A DNA stretch of 64,000 nt from Candidatus Enterousia sp. (lineage in GTDB: Bacteria; Pseudomonadota; Alphaproteobacteria; Rs-D84), in the NCBI GenBank assembly GCA_045612805.1, contig JAZKZR010000010.1, positions 263,965 through 327,964 on the forward strand, in the 5' to 3' direction. Every line of letters starts with the position of its first letter. Within the stretch, counting starts at the first letter, position 1. Below the pieces are notes generated by a model. That model was not told the origin of the DNA. It searched no databases and was given only the letters and a program-made list of their open reading frames with translations. Shown here piece after piece: positions 18,163 through 27,379 of this stretch. Made by a program: the position numbers and the translations under genes.

Positions 18163-19420
18163 CATAAAAGCATTTCGTCTTAAGGATATAGGTCTATCAC
18201 AAACAGGACCGTTTGGAAGCCAATTGCATGAAAATGACTATGTTTCTGTTGGAACCCCAATAGTCACTGTCGAACATTTACAAGAGGAGGCCTTTTCTAC
18301 TCAAAATCTTCCTTTTGTATCTGATAAAGATGTAAAACGCTTATCTAAATACGTGTTAAAAGAAGGCGATATTGTTTTCAGTAGAGTCGGCTCTGTTGAT
18401 AGAAGTACATATGTATCTAAGAAAGAAGAAGGATGGTTGTTTTCTGGGCGTTGTTTAAGAGTTAGAATAGATAAAAACAAAGCAAATCCAAAGTTCATAA
18501 GCTTCTATTTCAGACTTCAGAAGTTTAAAAACATGATGCAAAACATATCTGTAGGGGCGACGATGCCATCCTTAAACACACATTTGATGGATAATATAAA
18601 ACTTTATCTGCCAAGTTTACCCGAGCAAAATAATATCGCTGAAGTATTAGCCTCTATAGATGAAAAAATTTTATTAAACAAAAAATTAAATGATGAATTA
18701 GAAATTGCAGCAAAGGATCTATACAACTATTGGTTTGTCCAATTTGATTTTCCTGATAAAGATAAACGACCGTATAAATCCAGCGGCGGCAAGATGGTTT
18801 ATAACGAGATTCTTAAACGTGAAATTCCAGAAGGTTGGGAAGTTGAAAGTATTGCTGATAACAAACTCTCAAAAATCTTAAAACCAGGAATAAAACAATT
18901 TGATGGACAAAAGATATATTTACCGACTGCCGCTGTAGAAAACGATCGTATTATAGATAAATCAAATTTGATTACTTATGACAATCGCGAAGGTCGTGCC
19001 AATATGGAACCTGTTGATAATTCTGTATGGTTTGCCAAAATGAAAAACACAAAGAAAGTATTATATTTTGGAGATTATTCATCTCAACGAATAAGTCAAA
19101 CAATACTTTCTACTGGTATGCTAGGCTTAAAATGTGTTGAAAACGCTTTAGAATATATATGGAACTTTGTAAACGATGATTCTTTTGAAGCTGTAAAAAA
19201 CAAGTTGTCTCATGGGGCTACTCAAGAAGGCGTCAATAATGATGATTTGTTGTATTTTCCAATGCTAATTCCATCAATAGAAACCTTACGTAATTATTCT
19301 GTGTTAGTAAAAGATTTATACAAACAGAAATATTTCAATGAAATTGAAAACGAATGTTTGGCAGAACTCAGGGATTTCTTGCTTCCGATGTTAATGAACG
19401 GTCAGGTTTCAGTTTCTTAA
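18155..19420 (+). CDS. hsdS: Type I R-M specificity subunit S, full length (TRD-B + TRD-C)
   Basis: Two TRDs, central YWFVQFDFPD...YKSSGGKMVYN..LKREIPEGW and terminal LRDFLLPMLMNGQV; TTG start after GGAGG. Confidence 0.95.
   Translation: MPDIKAFRLKDIGLSQTGPFGSQLHENDYVSVGTPIVTVEHLQEEAFSTQNLPFVSDKDVKRLSKYVLKEGDIVFSRVGSVDRSTYVSKKEEGWLFSGRCLRVRIDKNKANPKFISFYFRLQKFKNMMQNISVGATMPSLNTHLMDNIKLYLPSLPEQNNIAEVLASIDEKILLNKKLNDELEIAAKDLYNYWFVQFDFPDKDKRPYKSSGGKMVYNEILKREIPEGWEVESIADNKLSKILKPGIKQFDGQKIYLPTAAVENDRIIDKSNLITYDNREGRANMEPVDNSVWFAKMKNTKKVLYFGDYSSQRISQTILSTGMLGLKCVENALEYIWNFVNDDSFEAVKNKLSHGATQEGVNNDDLLYFPMLIPSIETLRNYSVLVKDLYKQKYFNEIENECLAELRDFLLPMLMNGQVSVS
18762..18804 (+). repeat. hsdS inversion site 2
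   Basis: 43 bp ATAAACGACCGTATAAATCCAGCGGCGGCAAGATGGTTTATAA is the exact reverse complement of 20012-20054. Confidence 0.92.
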
Positions 19421-20022
19421 TCTGATACTGACACTTGGCCATTCATAAGCATAGGCAATAAAAAGTCACGCAAATTAGACAATATTTCATTTTCTTGTTT
19501 GTTTTGTAATATTTGATTGATGATTTGCTTGTTTCGCATTTCAAAGTTTTTTAATAGCGTATCATTTGGAATTGCTATATTGAGGTTTCCCAATATTTCA
19601 CCATTTAAAGATGCCCTTGTTGATGCCATACAAGCATTATATAAATAGTTATAAACAGAATCCGATTCTAAAAATTTACGTATATATTCTTGTCCATATA
19701 GTACATTAACTTTTATCTTTGATAGTGCTACATTGTATGCTCCCGCTAACCCATATCTAACACGTCCAGCATCGCCATATTTATCCATCATTATATCAAA
19801 AACATCGCACACTTTATTATTCTTAGACTCCTTGATATATGTTACATTTGTATCGCCTGCATAATCTCTATTTTGAATAAATCTAACATATCCATTTTGC
19901 GGTTGATAAATAAAAGTTGCTTTTGGTGGTTGTGCACCACTTATCCATTCAACGATATCAAGTAGATTTTTAACTTCCCAGCCCTCAGGAATTTCGCGTT
20001 TTAGTACGTCATTATAAACCAT
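19417..20022 (-). CDS. hsdS: Inverted HsdS C-terminal half cassette (TRD-D)
   Basis: MVYNDVLKREIPEGW...LRDFLLPMLMNGQVSVSD; the frame extends upstream through FPDGNKRPYKSSGGK to 20067. Confidence 0.9.
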   Translation of the reverse strand: MVYNDVLKREIPEGWEVKNLLDIVEWISGAQPPKATFIYQPQNGYVRFIQNRDYAGDTNVTYIKESKNNKVCDVFDIMMDKYGDAGRVRYGLAGAYNVALSKIKVNVLYGQEYIRKFLESDSVYNYLYNACMASTRASLNGEILGNLNIAIPNDTLLKNFEMRNKQIINQILQNKQENEILSNLRDFLLPMLMNGQVSVSD

Positions 20023-20068
20023 CTTGCCGCCGCTGGATTTATACGGTCGTTTATTTCCGTCAGGAAAG
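20012..20068 (-). repeat. hsdS inversion site 3 (partner of sites 1 and 2)
   Basis: Composite of the 25-bp and 43-bp inverted repeats, which overlap at the shared core ATAAACGACCG (20044-20054). Confidence 0.92.
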
Positions 20069-20108
20069 AGGTGTGCTAGCCTATGAGTTACATAAAAAGA
20101 GGTATGGT

Positions 20109-20705
20109 ATGATTTATGGATATATAAGGGTTAGTACGAATACACAAACGACCGATAATCAGAAATTTGAAATAGAACAATTCGCAAAAAAACAGGGAAT
20201 AAGAATAGATAAATGGATAGAGGAAACTATTAGCTCCAGGCAAGAGCTATCTAAACGTAAGTTAGGTCTTTTAATAAAACAAATACAAAAAGGCGATGTT
20301 TTAATATCAAGCGAATTATCTCGTCTTGGACGAGATTTGTTGCAGATAATGGGAATTTTAAACCATTGTATGAATATAGGGGCTGATATATGGACAATAA
20401 AGGACAATTATCGGTTAGATGCTGGAATACAAGGTAAAATATTAGCTTTTGCGTTTGGGTTAACTGCAGAGCTAGAAAGAAATCTCATTTCACAACGCAC
20501 AAAAGAGGCATTAGCGGCTCGTAGAGCAGCGGGTATGGTGTTAGGCCGGCCTTACGGTAGTAAAAGTAGTTATTTAAAACTGTCCGGACGGGAAAACTTT
20601 ATATGCAATATGCTGAATAGAGGATGTTCAAAGACGCAGATAGCCAAAAAATTATGTGTTAACAGAGAGACATTAACAAATTTCATAAATAGTCAGGGGT
20701 TGTAA
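20109..20705 (+). CDS. Serine recombinase / DNA invertase, Mpi-like family
   Basis: MIYGYIRVST (catalytic Ser), SELSRLGR, WTIKDNYRL...KILAFAFGL.AELERNLISQRTKEAL, LGRP and a C-terminal HTH. ATG 20109 follows AAGAGG. Confidence 0.93.
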   Translation: MIYGYIRVSTNTQTTDNQKFEIEQFAKKQGIRIDKWIEETISSRQELSKRKLGLLIKQIQKGDVLISSELSRLGRDLLQIMGILNHCMNIGADIWTIKDNYRLDAGIQGKILAFAFGLTAELERNLISQRTKEALAARRAAGMVLGRPYGSKSSYLKLSGRENFICNMLNRGCSKTQIAKKLCVNRETLTNFINSQGL

Positions 20706-21680
20706 TTATATAGTGAATTTTTTAGGTAGTATTAAAGGCACGTTTTCAAAATTGTTAACAAGTCTAGTTTGTATAACTGGACCGTTTTGGGTTTGGGTGA
20801 CAATTGGTTGAAATTTGGTTGTGCTATTGCGTCTGTTTTTAACAAACTGCTTTAATCCATCATCTAAGTATGATGATATAACAAAGCGATTAGCATTAAA
20901 AATAGCAGGTTCGTTAATTCTGGAAACAGTTCTTTGTGCATATTTCCAAAATTTTGATATTTTACCGTATGACATTTGTCCGGGGCTCACTTTGGTAAAA
21001 TCAGAAAATCCTGGTTGATAAACTTCTGGTTGCACAACCAATTTAGGTGATATTCTCAAAAATGTATGCGGATCCAACACAAAGCCTAATGGTTGATATA
21101 GCGGTGGAACGGTATCGTTAAGACATAGATAATGAGCTGGAAAATCACATGTTATAAAAGGCATATCAGTAAAATTATAAGTTAAATGCCAATCATATGC
21201 ATATAGCAACATACCTATCTGACGGGCTTGTTGTAAATTACGTTTTTTTAATGCGAAGTTTAAATCCTGAGATTTTGGATCTACATTTTGTCCAAGTAAT
21301 TGTAGAGATAAATAGTCGTACTCTTTTCTTGCTGGTGACATTGCAAACAAAATAGCAAGCCATGTTGCAAAATAGTACCTATCATGGTCTGAAATTTTCT
21401 CCCTTTTTAACCCTTGTAAAAATGGCCCAATATGTGGTTCTAAAGCTTTCAAATGATCCGATAAATATGTATCTGTGCCTTCTGTATCTAATTTATCCCA
21501 ACCTAATTCATAACATATACGTTTTGTTGGGGCTTCAAACCATCTGTCTTCTTGTCTATCATAAACATGTAATTTATTTGTGTTTTTATCAATAAAACGA
21601 CGTAAGTAAACCTGTGGCACAAAGTGGTCTTTGTTGTCTTGTTTGGGTAAAGATTTTGTTCCGTTGCTCATGTGTACCAT
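20706..21680 (-). CDS. DUF4238 domain protein
   Basis: N-terminal HFVPQVYLRRF and later FITCDFP, both characteristic of DUF4238. Confidence 0.8.
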   Translation of the reverse strand: MVHMSNGTKSLPKQDNKDHFVPQVYLRRFIDKNTNKLHVYDRQEDRWFEAPTKRICYELGWDKLDTEGTDTYLSDHLKALEPHIGPFLQGLKREKISDHDRYYFATWLAILFAMSPARKEYDYLSLQLLGQNVDPKSQDLNFALKKRNLQQARQIGMLLYAYDWHLTYNFTDMPFITCDFPAHYLCLNDTVPPLYQPLGFVLDPHTFLRISPKLVVQPEVYQPGFSDFTKVSPGQMSYGKISKFWKYAQRTVSRINEPAIFNANRFVISSYLDDGLKQFVKNRRNSTTKFQPIVTQTQNGPVIQTRLVNNFENVPLILPKKFTI

Positions 21681-21727
21681 ATAGGTACAAAATCAGAAAA
21701 AACAATATGAGTTTTGGTATTTTAGTT

Positions 21728-22174
21728 TTATTCTCCAACGAACACGATCCCGAACCATTTGCGTAAAAGGGCTAGGTGGGCTTGGTATGTGGTTGCACTG
21801 GCTTGTTCTCGTTTGAATTCGGCGATTTCTTCGCTCGACAAGCCAAGTTCCCTGATAAGTCGATTAGCTAGCCCAATAAGGTAGAAAACGTTTCCTTGGG
21901 GGCTTTTCAGATCAATAACGATGCCTGTCGGATACTTTGCGTTGGGTATAGTGGGTATATCGTTGCGCTGGGTGGCTTTAAGGCGGGCGACCATCTGCAC
22001 AAACTTGTTTTGGATACGGCGGAGCAGCCACGCCTGGCGACAAGTCAATTTGCCACCGTTTGTTCGGCGAATTGCGGCTTGTAACTCGCGCAAAGACCGA
22101 CATGCGGCAAAGTACAGCATCATAAAATCTGTGCGATGGTTGGGCAAAATATCGTCAAAATGCGTATATTTCAT
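21728..22174 (-). CDS. Hypothetical protein with a phage-like C-terminal domain
   Basis: Motif IDLKSPQGNVFYLIGLA..L.RELG resembles small uncharacterised phage proteins. Likely start is 22174 with an AAGGA RBS; the ORF is open to 22207. Confidence 0.6.
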   Translation of the reverse strand: MKYTHFDDILPNHRTDFMMLYFAACRSLRELQAAIRRTNGGKLTCRQAWLLRRIQNKFVQMVARLKATQRNDIPTIPNAKYPTGIVIDLKSPQGNVFYLIGLANRLIRELGLSSEEIAEFKREQASATTYQAHLALLRKWFGIVFVGE

Positions 22175-22260
22175 AGACAATCCTTTTAAGGTTGTCGTAT
22201 TTGGCATAATGTTTCGGCAAAAGTCCAGTTATTTGTTAAAAATATAGCAAGACATTAACT

Positions 22261-22284
22261 AAAAAGCCCCGTTTGGGGCTTTTT
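22261..22284. terminator. Terminator hairpin at the end of the GmrSD gene
   Basis: AAAAAGCCCC-GTTT-GGGGCTTTTT. Confidence 0.85.
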
Positions 22285-24007
22285 AATCAAGTTCTTTCAA
22301 ATAATTGTTCAGCATATCTGTTAGAAGTTGACGACGTCTCGCAATAAATTCTGGGTATTTATCGATATTCCACAGAGTTTTATCTATAGGAATACAATGT
22401 TTTCTGAAGTTTTCTTCGCCTTTCTTTTCAAGAACTTCAGGAAGATATACAGCAGGATCATCATTCTTTATTAAAACATTGGTACGTTTTACAATGAATG
22501 TCTGGTTTGCTATGTCGTTAATTTCATCTCTATCATATCTATCTTTCAAAAAATCCTGAGGAAATATGTGGTGAAATTCGATCTGGTTTCGATTTGCTAC
22601 ATTGTTCATACTGATAACTTGTGGTGTGTTCCAATCCATTGCACCGTTGTGTCTCATCACAGTAAACATGGTCTTAAAAATACCACTGGCAGTATTTTTA
22701 TTCTCAAAATCGATTGGTTGAAAATCCAGTCTACCAAATTGTATTTTAAGATTGTCTAACAATCCTTGTAAATTGTTGTTTTTTATCGCCAGCAAATCTT
22801 GGTCCAAGTAAGTTTCTGATGAACCACGAGAATAACGCCCCTTTGCGTTGGCCACAAGGAACCATTTTTTAATCAGTTTTGCTTCATTCTCGGTTAAAAT
22901 ATTATTCTTTGTATGGTATAAGAATGACAAAGAAACTATAAAGTAGGGGGACGAAAGCGTGGCATCTGTTTCAAGACCAAATGTATTTTTCAATTCATCC
23001 AATGCGTGTTCCAATGCTTTCTTCGCTTTTGGCCAAGCACTTTCCAGTTCTTCTTTTGTTAAAGACGGAACCACTCTAAATTTTGATTGTGATGTCATTA
23101 TGGATATGAGAGTTCTTACAATAATACCTATACTTAAATCCCAGCCATACTTTTCACAATAATCAGTTTCTTTGTTAAATTTAACTAGAGCTCCCTCAGT
23201 TTCTTCTGTGGTTGGCCATTTTGCGGTTATGTGAGCCAGGGCTAGATCAGATCCTTTTAATTTTGTGCCGGCTTGATTAACTCTAACGAATATTTCAGTT
23301 ACTTCCTCATAGGATTTTGATGCCGGTAAAGTCTGAACTTGCAAATCTCGATGCTCAATATTTTGCAATGCCTGGAATCGTTTTAGATATTTGTCTAGCC
23401 GTTTTTTGCCTTCTGGTGTTGTGGTATCTCCAGCTCTCTTTATGATGTCTTGGATATCAACTTTGCCAGAAAAAACTCCTACAACAGAAATCCAATTGTT
23501 CTGACTTTTCACCAATGGGTTTTCTACGACAAAAGCTCGTCGATTCATGTCATCAATGCGGTTTTTGTTTTCTTCCGCATCAGATGTAACCTTAATATCT
23601 TCATCTTCTTCAAACTCTGTTTCGTTATCATCGTCAGTAGCAACTTTGGTATTTTCTAATTTATCAGGATGGTCTAAATTAAAATAGATGTCAATTGCAC
23701 GTTTTCTGCCGCGTACAATGACAGGTTCGCCACAGAGAATAGCCTTTAGAGATGTTAAACGTTGCTGACCATCTAATAGAAGATAGTAAGATTCATATTT
23801 TGTATCTTCTTGAGAAACAGCAAAGTCTCGTGTAGGTATTTTTTGAGTTGTTTCCCATCTTAAAATTGTGCCAACTGGATAGTTTCTATATAAAGAATCA
23901 AGCAAATCTCTCACCTGTGTAGATTTCCAAATATATGCTCGTTGCATTTCTGGTAAACGCATTCTGTTTGATTTTATTTCGTCAATGAGGCTTCTTAATT
24001 CTGTCAT
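22283..24007 (-). CDS. GmrSD-family (DUF262 + DUF1524/HNH) type IV restriction-like nuclease
   Basis: LPEMQRAYIW, LLDGQQRLTS, IFVRVNQAGT.L and C-terminal EFHHIFP...N...N. Likely start is 24007 after GGAG. Confidence 0.88.
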   Translation of the reverse strand: MTELRSLIDEIKSNRMRLPEMQRAYIWKSTQVRDLLDSLYRNYPVGTILRWETTQKIPTRDFAVSQEDTKYESYYLLLDGQQRLTSLKAILCGEPVIVRGRKRAIDIYFNLDHPDKLENTKVATDDDNETEFEEDEDIKVTSDAEENKNRIDDMNRRAFVVENPLVKSQNNWISVVGVFSGKVDIQDIIKRAGDTTTPEGKKRLDKYLKRFQALQNIEHRDLQVQTLPASKSYEEVTEIFVRVNQAGTKLKGSDLALAHITAKWPTTEETEGALVKFNKETDYCEKYGWDLSIGIIVRTLISIMTSQSKFRVVPSLTKEELESAWPKAKKALEHALDELKNTFGLETDATLSSPYFIVSLSFLYHTKNNILTENEAKLIKKWFLVANAKGRYSRGSSETYLDQDLLAIKNNNLQGLLDNLKIQFGRLDFQPIDFENKNTASGIFKTMFTVMRHNGAMDWNTPQVISMNNVANRNQIEFHHIFPQDFLKDRYDRDEINDIANQTFIVKRTNVLIKNDDPAVYLPEVLEKKGEENFRKHCIPIDKTLWNIDKYPEFIARRRQLLTDMLNNYLKELD

Positions 24008-24192
24008 TTGATGGCTCCAAAAATTTAAAATAGGTTTACTAACCCATAAATTATACATCATAAATAATAAAAAAGCTAGGCAATGGATAAGATTATCGTA
24101 AGCATATTTGCAAAATGTTCAAAATATGTAGACAATTTTACGAGTTGAAAAAGCATAAGTTATTCATAAGACGACGGATAGGTTACGGATCC

Positions 24193-24211
24193 TGTGTAGC
24201 TATTGTGTAGC
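24193..24211 (+). repeat. TGTGTAGC pair (putative arm-type sites, right end of island)
   Basis: TGTGTAGC at 24193 and 24204, 11 bp apart like the pairs at the left end. Confidence 0.7.
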
Positions 24212-24277
24212 CAGAGGGGTGTTTTATGGCGTATTTTGGTGTATCGTAGTATGCGTAAATACAGAAGTGTTAAGTAA

Positions 24278-24310
24278 AGAAAAATGCCGCAAACCTGCGG
24301 GGTTTGCGGC
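24278..24310 (-). terminator. Terminator downstream of tRNA-Asn
   Basis: GCCGCAAACC-TGCGG-GGTTTGCGGC stem followed by a T-rich run on the minus strand. Confidence 0.75.
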
Positions 24311-24319
24311 GGAATTCCT

Positions 24320-24395
24320 TGGCTCGGGCAACTGGACTCGAACCAGTGACATACGGATTAACAGTCCGTTGTTCTACCGACTGAACTATGCCCGA
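24320..24395 (-). tRNA. tRNA-Asn(GTT)
   Basis: Acceptor stem TCGGGCA/TGCCCGA, anticodon arm ACGGA-CTGTTAA-TCCGT, T-loop GGTTCGAGTCC, encoded CCA; 76 nt. Confidence 0.97.
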
Positions 24396-24742
24396 ATAAC
24401 GCGACTTATAATAACCATAAAATCCGCACAAGTCAAGGACTTTCTAAACATTTTGCAAAGAATTTTCATCTGTCCCAGTAATCTGCCATTTTGGGCAAAA
24501 AATGTCCGGGTGTAGACAATGTGTAAAACGTTGTTAAAAATATCTGAAAGTCAAAATGTCTCTATAAATATATTCACATACAGTTTTGCTACAAACTAAT
24601 ATATTTTATAATTTGTTTTTGTTAGTTCACGGAGCGGCTATTCAGTTGTTCCCGAAAAAATATAAAAACGAGAATATTATTGTAACAATGTGCAGTTTTG
24701 TTGCTGTGTGTTCAATTTATGGTAGAAAATTAACATAGAAAG

Positions 24743-25507
24743 TTATTGTTTTATGATTGGCAGGCAGGATAAATCCAATTTTGCATAACCATCGCCAGCC
24801 AAAAGATTTTCCATTTCCTGCTTATTCAAGAATAAATCTGGGGTTTGATTTTTATACACTTTGTTAAAACCGTTCACCACATTATAGCCATTTATTACCT
24901 GCAGGCCACCGTTACCTTCAACCAACAACATCGGGGTCGAATAAGGCACTAATCTGTGGTTGCCCAGGTTCATAACTGTGCGGCCATCGGATCCCAGGTA
25001 TGCCAAACCCATAGAATTAGACACAAAATCGGTAGCGATTGTTTTATATTGGTTTTTGCTGACCCTGCCAATTTTACGCATGTGCGGAAGACTGATTGCA
25101 AAATTGGTAGATTTGCCATTATATGAATCTTTAATCTGTTGCATTTTTTCAATAAAATCAATCGCCATACCATCGTCATTATCTATCCGGAACGTCAGCA
25201 TAGTTGGTTCTTTCAAATCGTCCGGAATAAACATTGCGCCATCAGTATAAACATTACGCAGAAAATTGTATCTTTTTTCAAGATTATCAAACAAAGCACG
25301 TTTGTCGTCGGGAATTAAATTTGTATGATATATGCATAAAACAAAATCTTGATTAGTTTGTTGTGCAAATGATTCCAACGTCACATTACAGAAAATATTA
25401 AATCGATCAGAAAAATACGGCTCTTCATATAACTGTACCAGAGAACGCGAATTATTCGAATTCATAAAACTGTTTGGAATCGCATACCGCACCATACCAA
25501 TTATCAT
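24743..25507 (-). CDS. Putative rhamnosyltransferase-family (GT-A fold) protein
   Basis: RFNIF..VTLESF..QTNQDF and TFRIDNDDG motifs. Confidence 0.7.
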   Translation of the reverse strand: MIIGMVRYAIPNSFMNSNNSRSLVQLYEEPYFSDRFNIFCNVTLESFAQQTNQDFVLCIYHTNLIPDDKRALFDNLEKRYNFLRNVYTDGAMFIPDDLKEPTMLTFRIDNDDGMAIDFIEKMQQIKDSYNGKSTNFAISLPHMRKIGRVSKNQYKTIATDFVSNSMGLAYLGSDGRTVMNLGNHRLVPYSTPMLLVEGNGGLQVINGYNVVNGFNKVYKNQTPDLFLNKQEMENLLAGDGYAKLDLSCLPIIKQ

Positions 25508-25579
25508 AATAAAACCTTTTCATTGTTGGTTTCTATGATATAATGCCCCAAATGAATGTAAAGAAAAAAAGAGATTAGA

Positions 25580-26350
25580 ATGATAGATTTTCATACGCAC
25601 AGTAATGCTTCGGATGGGGCGTTGTCCCCAAGTGAATTGGTTGATTTGGCCGCCAAAAAGGGACTAAAATATATTGCTTTAACAGATCATAACAATGTCG
25701 ATGGATTGCATGCGGCGGCAAAAGCGGCAGAGCAATGCGGTATCAACTTTATAAATGGGATAGAGGTTTCTTGTGAAAGAAATACACACATTATCGGATT
25801 ATTTCTAAAACGGTTTGACGAGATAAATAACAAAGCCATTATTCGCAGGGAATACATAGAACAATCACTAAAAAACTATGGTTATACCAGGGAAAAATAC
25901 GAAACAGTTATCGGGGCCAGGGATGCTTTTATCAAAATGATGATAGATACCGGCAAAGCACCGAATAAAACCTTTGTTATTGAGCATTTTCTGCAACCGC
26001 CGTTTGGATATGGCGAGGCAATAGATATGATTCATCGTGCCGGCGGTTTGGCAATATTGGCACATCCAAACAGGACAAAGGGTGTTGATAGCAATAATTT
26101 GCAAGAATTTATCCACGAGTTGAAACAATACGGAATTGATGGCATAGAGGTATATCAGTCCGGCCAAACAGATGAATATACAGATTTTGTTGCGGATTTG
26201 GCGCAAAGGAATGATTTACTGGCCAGTGGCGGCAGCGATTATCACAGCCCGAGCAAAATAAACAGGGAACTTGGGATGTATGGCGATATTGATAATCGAA
26301 AACCAATACCAATAGATATACTGGATAAACTTTTTACGTTTGTTATATAG
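25580..26350 (+). CDS. PHP-domain phosphoesterase (TrpH-like)
   Basis: DFHTHSNASDG, LTDHN, GIEVS, LAHP and GGSDYH motifs. Confidence 0.93.
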   Translation: MIDFHTHSNASDGALSPSELVDLAAKKGLKYIALTDHNNVDGLHAAAKAAEQCGINFINGIEVSCERNTHIIGLFLKRFDEINNKAIIRREYIEQSLKNYGYTREKYETVIGARDAFIKMMIDTGKAPNKTFVIEHFLQPPFGYGEAIDMIHRAGGLAILAHPNRTKGVDSNNLQEFIHELKQYGIDGIEVYQSGQTDEYTDFVADLAQRNDLLASGGSDYHSPSKINRELGMYGDIDNRKPIPIDILDKLFTFVI

Positions 26351-26431
26351 AATCTATCGTCCTATAAACCAATTGTAATAACATGTTATTTATGGTATCA
26401 TTTCTAATGGTGTGTGGAGGGCGTGTTAAAC

Positions 26432-27379
26432 ATGAAGATATCAGCGGACAAACTGTTACAAAATATCGTAATTGATTCACGACAACAATACGCCTTGTAT
26501 CTTAAAACTAAGCAAGGTATTATTGAACAATACGGTGGCAAGGGTACTAATTCTTACACGAATTTTCGTATGGCGTCTGTGACGAAACAATTTGTTGCGT
26601 TTTCTGTTTTGACGCTTATTGAATCTGGTGCAGTCAATATAAATACAAACCTGTCACAAATTTTTGATGATTTACCGAAATATATGAAAAATATCACCAT
26701 TCGCCATTTATTAACTCATACATCTGGACTTGTTGACTATGAAGACAGACCTAAAATTGGTCGCAAACAAATAACCGACACTAAAGTATTCGCCTATTTA
26801 AAAACATTAAAACGCGCATATTTTAAACCTGGAACAAAATATAGGTATAGTAATGGCGGATACATTATCCTGGGACAAATCATTGAGAAAATATCTGGGA
26901 AAAAATTACCATTTTTTGTCCGTAATGCAATATTATCACCCGCTGGTATGCACAATTCTGTTATATACACCAAAGGCGTTTCCGTGATAAAGAATCGGGC
27001 ATATGGGCATAAAATAACGGGGAACAATCGAATAATCGTTTGCGACCAGGGTCCAAATACCGCCACCCAGGGTGATGGGGGGCTTTATTCATCTATACAT
27101 GACCTAAAAAAATATCTTTGCTTTATTCAACATAATCCTTTGGCACAAAAAATGTTTGTTCCGAATATATTGCCAAACGGCACAAATACCAAATATGGAT
27201 TCGGTTTACAGATATTAAAACACAAGAATTACAAAATTATATACCATTGTGGCGAAACAATAGGCACAAGCACAATTATTGGTTTTATACCACGTCTTGG
27301 TATTGAATTCGCATTTATGACAGCACTTAATGGCATAGATACCGAAATATTTTTAAAAAATCTTTTACGCTGTTTATAG
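26432..27379 (+). CDS. Serine hydrolase, beta-lactamase class C / AmpC-like family
   Basis: SVTK (SxxK), LLTHTSGL, YSN and HCG motifs. Confidence 0.88.
   Translation: MKISADKLLQNIVIDSRQQYALYLKTKQGIIEQYGGKGTNSYTNFRMASVTKQFVAFSVLTLIESGAVNINTNLSQIFDDLPKYMKNITIRHLLTHTSGLVDYEDRPKIGRKQITDTKVFAYLKTLKRAYFKPGTKYRYSNGGYIILGQIIEKISGKKLPFFVRNAILSPAGMHNSVIYTKGVSVIKNRAYGHKITGNNRIIVCDQGPNTATQGDGGLYSSIHDLKKYLCFIQHNPLAQKMFVPNILPNGTNTKYGFGLQILKHKNYKIIYHCGETIGTSTIIGFIPRLGIEFAFMTALNGIDTEIFLKNLLRCL

Larger units (their letters stand above)
3071..24322. mobile_element. Integrative genomic (defence) island at the tRNA-Asn 3' end
   Basis: Contains xis and a tyrosine integrase. TTCCTTGG (tRNA CCA end plus AGGAA on the minus strand) occurs at 3071-3078 and 24315-24322, and TGTGTAGC repeats lie just inside both ends. 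AT-rich defence cargo. The left boundary is tentative. Confidence 0.72.

Noticed and set aside
26432-27379. Bona fide beta-lactamase resistance gene
   Set aside because: SxxK and YxN motifs are shared by many esterases and peptidases; there is no signal peptide or specific family signature.
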